Source: a virus. Taken from it: a DNA stretch of 64,000 nucleotides. The position numbers and the translations under genes are program-made. Every line of letters begins with the position of its first letter. The stretch's first letter is position 1. Positions 49,755-58,170 of the stretch are shown here, one piece after another. The stretch spans positions 34,092-98,091 of IMG/VR virus record IMGVR_UViG_3300028299_000132, one strand, 5' to 3'. The notes beneath the pieces are model-generated. The model did no database searches and was not told the DNA's origin. It worked only from the letters and a program-made list of their open reading frames with translations.

Positions 49755-51130
49755 AAAAATGTCAAAAGAAAACCACGATGTCTTTAGCATCGTGGATGAA
49801 TTTTGACGAACATCATTCAAATTATTTTTGGAAAAATATGACTTTTTCATTTTAATATATATTTATAATAAAGAAAACGAAAAAAGTTGTATAAAATGAA
49901 AAAGAGTTATTCTATAAGACTATTTCCGATTAAAGAACAGATAAGTCAATTAAATGAATTATCTGAAATAAGGAAAGATATATGGAATAAACTCATTGAT
50001 GTTCAACAAAAAGAATATGAAACAAACAAAACTATATTAAACAAATTCGATTTGAATAATTTACTTCCAGAATTAAAAGAACAATATATAAATTGGAAAA
50101 AATTAAATTCAAAAGCCGTTCAAACTATTGCCACAGAAATATACGGTTCATATCGTTCATTTTTCAATTTAATTAAAAAAGATAAAACGGCAAGACCACC
50201 AAGAAAGATAGATTCTGACTATTATCATACTATCGTTTGGAATCAGTCTGGTTGGATTATTCAGAGTAATATAATAACAATTAATAAGATTCCATTTGAA
50301 TATAAATCAAAAATAGATATATCAACATTAGATATAAAAGAAATCAAAATTAAATTTGTAAGAAATAAATGGTTATGTGATTTGATTGTTGAAGAACCAA
50401 TACAATATGAAGATAATCTAAAAATTAAGACTAAAGTTTTAGCAATCGATTTGGGTTTAGAAAAATTAGCAGTAGGTGTTGATAACAAAGGTAAAATGAT
50501 TGTATTGAAGAATAAATCAAAGAAAATAAATGATTATTATCAAAAAGAAATAGCAAAAATACAAAACAAAAGAAGTAAAACCAATAAAGGTTCAAAAAGA
50601 AATTTAAAATTAAAGAAAGTATTAAATAAATGTTACCATAAAAAGAACGAACAGATAAAACAAACTCTACATATTCAGAGTAAATATTTAGTGAATATGA
50701 ACTACAACACAATTGTAGTCGGTGATTTAAGTGTTAAAAATTTAATGAATAGTGAAGGTGTTAATAAAAACAAAAAAGGTATTAGAAAATCTTTTCACAA
50801 ATCTAATATTAATATGTTTTTACAATTTCTTGGTTATAAATGTCAGTTAAAAAACACAAACCTAACCAAGATAAATGAAAATTGGACTACTCAATTAAAT
50901 TGTTTAACTGGAAAGGTATTCAAAGAAAAAATTGAACTTAAAGATAGACAAGTTCAATTATCAGATACAATCACTATTGATCGTGACTTAAATTCAGCCA
51001 TAAACATTCTTAAACGATGGTTTGATAGTCATATTGCTTCTATGAACGAGCCACTTAATATTTTAAGTGTTCTTGATAGATACAACATCTATAAGGAAAC
51101 TACGACATCTTTAGTGTCGTAGTAGTTCAT
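49755..51130 (+). mobile_element. IS200/IS605-family tnpB-only element
   Basis: Inserted 3' of TTTAT; left-end hairpin ccacgatg-tctttag-catcgtgg; right end actacgacatctttagtgtcgtagtagttcat; no target duplication. Confidence 0.9.
49896..51122 (+). CDS. tnpB: TnpB-family protein with atypical RuvC-II and degenerate Zn finger
   Basis: AIDLG, IVVGDL (no Glu), INENWTTQ, DRDLNSAINI. Confidence 0.85.
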   Translation: MKKSYSIRLFPIKEQISQLNELSEIRKDIWNKLIDVQQKEYETNKTILNKFDLNNLLPELKEQYINWKKLNSKAVQTIATEIYGSYRSFFNLIKKDKTARPPRKIDSDYYHTIVWNQSGWIIQSNIITINKIPFEYKSKIDISTLDIKEIKIKFVRNKWLCDLIVEEPIQYEDNLKIKTKVLAIDLGLEKLAVGVDNKGKMIVLKNKSKKINDYYQKEIAKIQNKRSKTNKGSKRNLKLKKVLNKCYHKKNEQIKQTLHIQSKYLVNMNYNTIVVGDLSVKNLMNSEGVNKNKKGIRKSFHKSNINMFLQFLGYKCQLKNTNLTKINENWTTQLNCLTGKVFKEKIELKDRQVQLSDTITIDRDLNSAINILKRWFDSHIASMNEPLNILSVLDRYNIYKETTTSLVS

Positions 51131-51361
51131 TAGATACGAAATAATAACTTGACTCATTCAAATTATTTTCTAGTGAGAATCCAAATCTATAATCTGGAAA
51201 AATCCATTCTATTAGTAAACTACCATCTTCTAAAGCGTTTATACATAACGGTTTATCACTATTAGCATCAAAATTCTTTTCAAAAAATTGAGTGAAATGA
51301 TTTATAGATTCTCTATACATTTCATTTTCAATGAAATCGTTTATATTTTTAAATGTCCTAT

Positions 51362-51557
51362 TCATAATTTTTCTATTTCTTTAGTTTTTATTTCTCTTAT
51401 CTTTTCTATGATGAATTCCATTTCATCACATACCAAGTCTATTTCTCTAGTTTGTTTGAATCTTTGACCTGATTTGACTTGACATTCAACCAAAAATTTA
51501 AGATTCCATCTATTATCCTCTAACATTTTCTCTAATTGAATTATTCTCTTATTCATA
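51362..51557 (-). CDS. Small hypothetical protein
   Basis: Probable start MNKRIIQL (approximate) in a coupled operon. Confidence 0.5.
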
Positions 51558-51740
51558 ATAATCTTTTTTAAATTCTTCATATAATTCAAATATTTTATCT
51601 GGATCATACGTATTATTTTCTTTGTCTAGTAATCTAACCATCCATTGGGCTGTTGGTATTACTTCATTTTGATGCCCACTATCATAAAATGGGTACATTG
51701 CGATAAAAAATCCGAAATCTATCAATTCTTGTTTATTCAT
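51549..51740 (-). CDS. Small hypothetical protein
   Basis: 63-aa ORF in the operon. Confidence 0.6.
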   Translation of the reverse strand: MNKQELIDFGFFIAMYPFYDSGHQNEVIPTAQWMVRLLDKENNTYDPDKIFELYEEFKKDYYE

Positions 51741-51990
51741 AATTGTTCTCCTTTCTTAATTTATTATTTTCTTGTTTAATTGACCAATATTTACCTTTCC
51801 AAAATTCCATTTCATCACGATATCTATTCAATTTCTTTTTTAATCTTGATTCTCTTTCAGACCATTTGTTTTCTCTTTCTAACCATAATTCATAATACTG
51901 ATGTAATTGTTTTATAGCTTCTTCTTTGTCTATTTTAGAACATCTTGGGCTATGCCCGTGATATGATTCACATTCTTTACATTTTTCCAT
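51733..51990 (-). CDS. Small protein with CxxC/H..C motif and coiled coil
   Basis: CKECESYHGHSPRC. Confidence 0.6.
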   Translation of the reverse strand: MEKCKECESYHGHSPRCSKIDKEEAIKQLHQYYELWLERENKWSERESRLKKKLNRYRDEMEFWKGKYWSIKQENNKLRKENNYE

Positions 51991-51992
51991 AA

Positions 51993-52331
51993 TTATTTCT
52001 CCTTTTCTGTATAATTAAAATATTTTTCATTTCCTTTATATTCTTCTTTAACCGCTCTTCCATAGATAGTTCTAGTCCATCCATTTTGGTATCCGTGATT
52101 GTTAGCGATTAAATATCCTCGTTTGTCACTTTTTTGTGTGATTAAATGGCAATCAATATATCTCCCTCTCACCTTACAGAAGACCATATCTCCTATATCA
52201 TAAGAATCTTGTTTAACGAATGTCATTAATCCACCATTGTTTAGGGTTGGTTTCATTGAGTTACCAAAACATTTCATTTTTCCTTTTTTATTTTCGTCTA
52301 ATTCATTAATTAGTCTTTCGTACTTATTCAT
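51993..52331 (-). CDS. S24/S26 peptidase-like protein
   Basis: GNSMKPTLNNG, IGDMVFCKVRGRYIDCHLI, IYGR. Confidence 0.65.
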   Translation of the reverse strand: MNKYERLINELDENKKGKMKCFGNSMKPTLNNGGLMTFVKQDSYDIGDMVFCKVRGRYIDCHLITQKSDKRGYLIANNHGYQNGWTRTIYGRAVKEEYKGNEKYFNYTEKEK

Positions 52332-52660
52332 TTTGTTAAGTTTAAATTTTTAGTTAATTCTTTACTTTTTTCTCCTGGTTCTATTGTAACAGAAGTATAT
52401 TGGTTTATATCTGGTTCATAAAAAATAGACATACGAATATCATTTTCAATTAGTTTTTTTACAAACATAATGAATTCGTCATAATCCTTTACAGATAAAT
52501 AAATTAAATATTTTGATTTTTCATTCCAATGGTTGGCTATTTCAGGGTGTTCATATTGGAATTGGATAGCGGAATGTGCAGATTGCACCGCTTGATAAGT
52601 TGTTGATTTTAAATCACTTCTAGTGATTACTCTTAATTTGTTGTCTCTAATCTAGGTCAT
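52328..52660 (-). CDS. Peptidyl-tRNA hydrolase (PTH2-like) with TAG at codon 3
   Basis: ATG ACC TAG ATT AGA...KLRVITRSDL...YQAVQSAHSA...LIYLSV...FYEPDI.QYTSVTIEP. Confidence 0.75.
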
Positions 52661-52664
52661 TTTT

Positions 52665-52895
52665 TTATTTCTTTTTTGTTATTGGTTTTAAGTGTGTAAA
52701 ATTCAATTCTTTATTTAAATCAATTCCATACCCTTTCATTTTTCTGAACATCATTTCCGATAATGTTTCATTTCCAAGTTCTAATGAATTAGTATCATAT
52801 AGTTTTAGTGAATCTAAAATTGATAATAAACAATCAAGTAAATCTTGTTCTTTACCTTTATTTTGTTTCTCACCTGTTTCCATTTTATTTTCCAT
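52665..52895 (-). CDS. Hypothetical protein, first gene of the PTH operon
   Basis: 76-aa ORF right after the promoter. Confidence 0.6.
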   Translation of the reverse strand: MENKMETGEKQNKGKEQDLLDCLLSILDSLKLYDTNSLELGNETLSEMMFRKMKGYGIDLNKELNFTHLKPITKKK

Positions 52896-52908
52896 TTTTT
52901 TATTAATA

Positions 52909-52940
52909 CAAATATACGAACATTTTTTTAATTGTACAAA
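52909..52940 (-). promoter_or_regulatory. Bacteroidota sigmaA-type promoter
   Basis: TTTG-N20-TATATTTG. Confidence 0.75.
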
Positions 52941-52959
52941 TTATTTATGATTTTTAGGC

Positions 52960-53036
52960 GTTTTTCATTTTATTATATATGATTCTTCTTCCCGTGGCGT
53001 AGAAACTACTACATCTTCAGTGTAGTAGTAGTTCAT
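52960..53036 (+). mobile_element. Minimal IS605 remnant (promoter-like stub plus right-end hairpin)
   Basis: gaaactactacatcttcagtgtagtagtagttcat; preceded by tttttcattttattatata resembling the leader of the 49896 tnpB. Confidence 0.75.
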
Positions 53037-53266
53037 TTTCTAAACCCTTTTACAATAACTCTGTTTTTTGGTTCATTATTATATTCAGATTCTAAGATAA
53101 TGTTTTTGAATTTTTTATCATCAATTTTTAAATCATTCAATTTGAAATGCTTAATTCTACGACCAAAAAGATAAATACTTTCTTCAAATATAATTCTACC
53201 TGTTGGTTTAAATCCAATTCCACGAACTGGAGTGAATTCTGTTACTTTTTCATAAATATTTTTCAT
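53033..53266 (-). CDS. Hypothetical protein; stop codon supplied by the IS end
   Basis: 77-aa ORF; TGA lies within TCAT; promoter TTTG-N19-TATCTTTG at 53298-53328. Confidence 0.6.
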   Translation of the reverse strand: MKNIYEKVTEFTPVRGIGFKPTGRIIFEESIYLFGRRIKHFKLNDLKIDDKKFKNIILESEYNNEPKNRVIVKGFRK

Positions 53267-53423
53267 AATGGAATAGATTTTAAAGTTATCACTAATACAA
53301 AGATACGAAAAATTTTTATCTTTTCAAAATATTTTGGAAATTTTATATGATTGATAATCAAATGATTATAAGTAATTTTATGTGGTTAAATTTAATAGAT
53401 TTAGACTGAATTAAAATATCACA

Positions 53424-53711
53424 TCATAGTATTTCCCCACCATTTTCCTTATTCTTTCTAATGAAATCTATACCATTACTATTGGTTATTTCGTAGTCAT
53501 CTAGATTAACTTTTTGTCCATCAATAACCCCAGTATTATCTTCAATATCTGTAACCACTTTATAACCAATCATTCTCATTCTTCTAATAGTGTTAGCTTT
53601 TAAATTATCTGGTTCTGTTTTCTCAGAATTTATTATTCTATCAGACCAATTTTTGAATATTTGTTTTTGGTCACTTTCATTTATAAACTTATTAAAATCT
53701 TTCAATTTCAT
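53424..53711 (-). CDS. Tagged hypothetical protein
   Basis: MKLKDFNKFINE. Confidence 0.7.
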   Translation of the reverse strand: MKLKDFNKFINESDQKQIFKNWSDRIINSEKTEPDNLKANTIRRMRMIGYKVVTDIEDNTGVIDGQKVNLDDYEITNSNGIDFIRKNKENGGEIL

Positions 53712-54025
53712 ATTTCTCTTGGTTTTTTAGAAATCCAATTCCCATTTTTATCTATCCTTTTCATAAAGTTATCTCGCATCTCCTTTTCTCTTTTTGATAT
53801 CTCATCTTTATATACTTTAGATAATTTCATATATTTTTCATATTCTTCTGGTGTTTTAGCTTTATTAGCCTAGTATTCGTAATCAGCTACTATTTCTCCC
53901 AAATGTCGTGTTGATACATTTTTTATATCAATTCCTTTAATATCTTCCGCTTTTATCATTTTGTGTTTTAATTTTGGAGATCTAATCTCATTTATAAAGT
54001 TTTTATAATCTTTTAAAGTTTTCAT
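53708..54025 (-). CDS. Tagged protein with in-frame TAG at 53870-53872
   Basis: MKTLKDYKNFINE...VADYEY*ANKAKTPEEYEK...KKPREI; ATGA overlaps on both sides. Confidence 0.75.
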
Positions 54026-54351
54026 CTTTGTAAACTCCTATAATATTTCCAAAATCTTTTTCTATTTTTCGCTAATAAATTCATCACATCTTCCCATATA
54101 TAGTGAACATCATCCTCATCCCCAATATTACCATCTTTAATCTCATCTAACATAGCTTTCGCTCTGTCATAAAAATTGTCAAAGATTTGAATTTTTTCAT
54201 TGTCTGTATATTCACTTAACTGTTTTATAATTTCATTATCATTAGTTTGGTCATTTTCTTCCCAATCAAAAATCTCATCATGAAGATTTTTCTCTGGTTC
54301 ATTATTAAAATTATCATCTATTGTGTATGCTTCAAATTTTCTTAACTTCAT
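54022..54351 (-). CDS. Tagged acidic protein
   Basis: MKLRKFEA. Confidence 0.7.
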   Translation of the reverse strand: MKLRKFEAYTIDDNFNNEPEKNLHDEIFDWEENDQTNDNEIIKQLSEYTDNEKIQIFDNFYDRAKAMLDEIKDGNIGDEDDVHYIWEDVMNLLAKNRKRFWKYYRSLQR

Positions 54352-54380
54352 AACTCTATATAGTAATTTTTATTTATTTT

Positions 54381-54944
54381 TTATAACTTATACTCATATT
54401 TTAATCTAAGTATCATATAATCTGTAATTAAATCAAATGTTTTGAGTTCATCAACATCCCCTAGACTTATTTTAACTATTTGATTTACATCATCTTGTGG
54501 TTTTGGTGATGGCCCTTGACGAAAATCATTATAATTAAGTTCCAATAAACATATATAATATTGACCGAGATTCTTCTCATCCTTAAACAAGTTTTTATCA
54601 ACCGTTATTGGATAATTCGCGTTTAAAACTATACCAGTTTCCTCATGGAGTATTCTTCTTACAGCTTGTAAAGTATTTTCTTCATTAATATCACCCTTTA
54701 TAACAGTAATAAAGTTATTTACATTACGATACCCTTCAACTTCTTTATATTTATATTGAAATGTTGGTATATTTTCATATCTCAATAAGACATATCCCTC
54801 ATCTTTCAAATAAGGAAGAATAACCATCTTATCTTTTCCGTTTATTATATCCCACTCTTTATAATTGATTATCTCAATATCACTACCAACGAATTTTTCA
54901 CTTTCTTCTGGTTGTTGTTTCTCTAGTTTTGTAAATCTCATCAT
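54381..54944 (-). CDS. Nudix-like protein
   Basis: KGDINEENTLQAVRRILHEETGI (degenerate Nudix box). Confidence 0.65.
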   Translation of the reverse strand: MMRFTKLEKQQPEESEKFVGSDIEIINYKEWDIINGKDKMVILPYLKDEGYVLLRYENIPTFQYKYKEVEGYRNVNNFITVIKGDINEENTLQAVRRILHEETGIVLNANYPITVDKNLFKDEKNLGQYYICLLELNYNDFRQGPSPKPQDDVNQIVKISLGDVDELKTFDLITDYMILRLKYEYKL

Positions 54945-55036
54945 TTTTTATATTTATTTTTTGTATATATTAATAATTATCATCCAATTTAATTTCCACT
55001 ATCTTATCTGTTAAATACTAATGCTCTTCGATTTTA

Positions 55037-55267
55037 TTAACTTTCCCATCCCTTTGATAATAATTCTCTATTTACTTTAATTTTCTGTGTATACATTTTA
55101 TTGTTTTTATAATGAGATACAATTTCTAATTCATCCTGACCTTCATCAATATCCATAACAACACCTCTCATAGTAACTTTACCAGATGTGGTACTAATAG
55201 TCCATTGAACAGGGTCACCTATTTCAAATTCTCCTTGTATATCTTCAAATAATTTCAGATATTTCAT
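55037..55267 (-). CDS. Tagged SH3-like small protein
   Basis: MKYLKLFED; FEIGDPVQW. Confidence 0.7.
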   Translation of the reverse strand: MKYLKLFEDIQGEFEIGDPVQWTISTTSGKVTMRGVVMDIDEGQDELEIVSHYKNNKMYTQKIKVNRELLSKGWES

Positions 55268-55293
55268 TTGTATTCTAGTTTTTTTAATCACAA

Positions 55294-55635
55294 TTACACT
55301 ATATCATCCGCCTTTAAATTCCATTTTGTATGCATAAATATTTTGTAATCAATAATATTTTTTGGGATGTCCGAATTGGATGATCTAACCCATTTTTTTG
55401 AAAAATCATCAAATGAAAATTTCTCCCATCCATCCATACCAGTTTTCAATATTTCATCATAATGATATATTCTAAATCCAAGTTCTTTTAATTTTTTTAC
55501 AATTTCTATAGCTTCACTATCATTATTTGGAACTATATAACAATCAGTTAATTCATCTTTATCAAATTTTTCTTCATCAAAATCGTCTTCAATCTCTTCC
55601 CAATCAAAATCTTCAAATAATTTAAGATATTTCAT
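55294..55635 (-). CDS. Tagged hypothetical protein
   Basis: MKYLKLFEDFDWEEIEDDFDEE. Confidence 0.75.
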   Translation of the reverse strand: MKYLKLFEDFDWEEIEDDFDEEKFDKDELTDCYIVPNNDSEAIEIVKKLKELGFRIYHYDEILKTGMDGWEKFSFDDFSKKWVRSSNSDIPKNIIDYKIFMHTKWNLKADDIV

Positions 55636-56396
55636 TTGTATCCTAGTTTTTTTAATACTTCGATATCTTTAATTGATTCTATATAATCTCTTCTATATTT
55701 ATCAAGATTATTACAAAAATATTTTATAAATTTTAAATCATTTTCTTTCCATTTTCCATTCTTATCAACAGTAAAACTGAGACTTTTATTTATTACTAAT
55801 TGTAATAATCCCATTTTATTTCCTTTTGTGAATGTCTTAATATCAGTTATAACAGCTAGCCTCGGAGTATAATTATTAGTAATATCACTCTGGGTGACTA
55901 ATAATATTTTACCTTTATATTTGAATAATGTTTCCAATTCATCTGTTTTATCAAATTCTTCAAATTCCCATGGTTCCTCATCTAATTCCCATTCTTCAAT
56001 TTTTGGTTCCTCTTTTTTTGGTTTTCCCCAATTTAATTCTTCATTTGTCCGTTGTTCAGCTTTTCTTACTGTATTATCTATTTTAAACCATGGATATTTT
56101 CCACTGATAATCATCATATATCCTTCGTAAATATATTTTGGTATGGTTGTATTATATGACGCATCTTTAGTTATTTCTGTACTATATTTTATATCTTTTA
56201 TTTTATGAGATTCAATTGTATCATTTCCAATATATTTTTTAAATACATTAGTATCTCTTCTTGTTTCCCAAAGTTCAGTATCGTTTGATATATATACCCA
56301 ATCACCAACTTTGAGATTCATATCTGGGTCTTCTTCTTCAAATTCCCAATCATCTTCGTTAAAATCAATTTCCTCAAATAGTTTTATTCTCTTCAC
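55632..56396 (-). CDS. Tagged modular protein
   Basis: GTG start; KRIKLFEEIDFNEDDWEFEEEDP; internal TNEELNW..EEWELDEEPWEFEE. Confidence 0.7.
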   Translation of the reverse strand: MKRIKLFEEIDFNEDDWEFEEEDPDMNLKVGDWVYISNDTELWETRRDTNVFKKYIGNDTIESHKIKDIKYSTEITKDASYNTTIPKYIYEGYMMIISGKYPWFKIDNTVRKAEQRTNEELNWGKPKKEEPKIEEWELDEEPWEFEEFDKTDELETLFKYKGKILLVTQSDITNNYTPRLAVITDIKTFTKGNKMGLLQLVINKSLSFTVDKNGKWKENDLKFIKYFCNNLDKYRRDYIESIKDIEVLKKLGYK

Positions 56397-56484
56397 TTTT
56401 GTTAAGAAACATTTTTCTTTATATATAAAAATCAAAAAACAAAAACAATTTTTTTAAATATAATAAAAAATAAAATAAGTTAAA

Positions 56485-56748
56485 ATGGACTTAAAAGAAT
56501 ATATATTTAAAAATGTGGATAAAATAGGATTGAGTGAGAATATCTCATATAGTAGTTTATTAAAACTAGAAGAGTTAATATTAGAATGGGATAAACAAAA
56601 AACAGGTGTTGATGAAAAAGATATTAAAAAACTATTAGATATCTCATTGAAAATGAAAGAGTTATTAGAAAAATGTAGACAACAAAAACTACCTGTTCCA
56701 CTAGCTCAGAAAATTGATGATTTATTAAAAGAAATCAATTATTTGTAA
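56485..56748 (+). CDS. Hypothetical protein
   Basis: 87-aa ORF. Confidence 0.6.
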   Translation: MDLKEYIFKNVDKIGLSENISYSSLLKLEELILEWDKQKTGVDEKDIKKLLDISLKMKELLEKCRQQKLPVPLAQKIDDLLKEINYL

Positions 56749-56749
56749 A

Positions 56750-57328
56750 ATGGCGAAATTATATTTTAGATATTCAACAATGAACGCGGGTAAGACATTA
56801 AATTTACTATCGGTTGTTTATAATTATGAAGAAAATGGTGAGAACCCAATTCTTTTTACTTCTGATAGAGACGATAGATATGAAAAAGGTATGGTCGTTT
56901 CAAGAACTGGATTAAAACGAAAAGCGTTAATAGTTGATAATGAAACAAATATGTACGATGTTGTATCCAATCTTAATGATGTAACTGTAGTACTAGTTGA
57001 CGAATCACAGTTCTTAACAAGAAATCATATTTTTCAACTTGCTGACATCGTTGATAAATTAAACATACCAGTTATATGTTATGGGTTGAGAAGTAGTTTT
57101 GATTTAGAATATTTTGAAGGTTCCGCGTACCTATTAACAATTTCTGATACTATAGAAGAAATAAAAACTATTTGTTCTATATGTAAAAAGAAGAAAGCTA
57201 CTGTTAACGCTAGGTTGATAGATGGTAAAATTACACTAGAAGGCGAACAAATACAGATAGGGGGTAATGAAACATATCAACCAATGTGTAGAAAATGTTT
57301 CAAAGAAAATATAAATAAAATATCATGA
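56750..57328 (+). CDS. tdk: Thymidine kinase
   Basis: YSTMNAGKT, VSRTG, LVDESQFL, VICYGLR, CSIC, IGGNETYQPMCRKC. Confidence 0.95.
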   Translation: MAKLYFRYSTMNAGKTLNLLSVVYNYEENGENPILFTSDRDDRYEKGMVVSRTGLKRKALIVDNETNMYDVVSNLNDVTVVLVDESQFLTRNHIFQLADIVDKLNIPVICYGLRSSFDLEYFEGSAYLLTISDTIEEIKTICSICKKKKATVNARLIDGKITLEGEQIQIGGNETYQPMCRKCFKENINKIS

Positions 57329-57332
57329 TAAA

Positions 57333-57725
57333 ATGTATCCAGTGAATAAATATAATGAAGATATTGATAAAAAGAAACTTTCAGAATCAAATAAAGAACC
57401 TCAATGTTTATCAATTATTCAATATAATTTAGATGGTAAGTTTATAAAAAAATACAAATCAATATTGGATGCATCAGAACAAATGGGAATTAACAAATCT
57501 TCTATAGGTAAGTGTTGTAAAGGTTATTATAAAAAATCTGGTGGTTATAGGTGGGAATATACTAAAGAATCTCAAGAAAAAAGAAAACAGAAAAAAGAAA
57601 CAAATACAAAGTTAAAGGATAATATAATCAAATTATTATCTGAAGGCAAGAAGGTGTGTGAAGTATCCAAAATACTTGGGTGTAATAGAATTATCGTGTC
57701 ATATCATAAAAATAAATGTAAATAA
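57333..57725 (+). CDS. NUMOD1 plus HTH protein (homing endonuclease remnant)
   Basis: IIQYNLDGKFIKKYKSI.DAS...CCKG..KKSGGYRWEY. Confidence 0.75.
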   Translation: MYPVNKYNEDIDKKKLSESNKEPQCLSIIQYNLDGKFIKKYKSILDASEQMGINKSSIGKCCKGYYKKSGGYRWEYTKESQEKRKQKKETNTKLKDNIIKLLSEGKKVCEVSKILGCNRIIVSYHKNKCK

Positions 57726-57726
57726 T

Positions 57727-58170
57727 ATGTTTTATTTCTCTTATGGAAGCAATATGTCGGCCAGAAGACTGATTAAACGGAATATAAAGGTCTTAGGCAG
57801 CCGTTCCGCTACACTGCGGGGTTACCGTATGATTTTAAATAAAAAGTCCTATAAAAACCCTAATATTGGATACTCAAATATCGTTGAAGATAAGGATTCT
57901 GTAGTAGAAGGAGTACTTTATGATATAGATTATAATGACATGAAGAAGTTGGATACTCACGAGGGCTATCCAAAGCACTACAGAAGAGAATTCTTAAAAT
58001 TTGAATCCATTGATGAACCTGTTCTTGTTTATATCGCTAATCCAGAATGGACATCAGAAAAAGAATTAAAAACAACAAAAGAATACAAAAACTTTCTTTT
58101 GGAAGGTAAAGAATTTTTCTCTAAAGAATATTTTGATTATATTTGTGATAGTATTAAAGTAATAGATTAA
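57727..58170 (+). CDS. Gamma-glutamylcyclotransferase (AIG2-like)
   Basis: YFSYGSNM, VEGVLYDI, LDTHEGYP..YRR. Confidence 0.85.
   Translation: MFYFSYGSNMSARRLIKRNIKVLGSRSATLRGYRMILNKKSYKNPNIGYSNIVEDKDSVVEGVLYDIDYNDMKKLDTHEGYPKHYRREFLKFESIDEPVLVYIANPEWTSEKELKTTKEYKNFLLEGKEFFSKEYFDYICDSIKVID

Larger units (their letters stand above)
49645..51365 (-). pseudogene. Hypothetical gene split by the IS element
   Basis: Removing 49755-51130 gives an in-frame join: SSYYFVSN-KKYGEFMVSGMFNDPF...KEEDMP(TAG). Confidence 0.75.
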
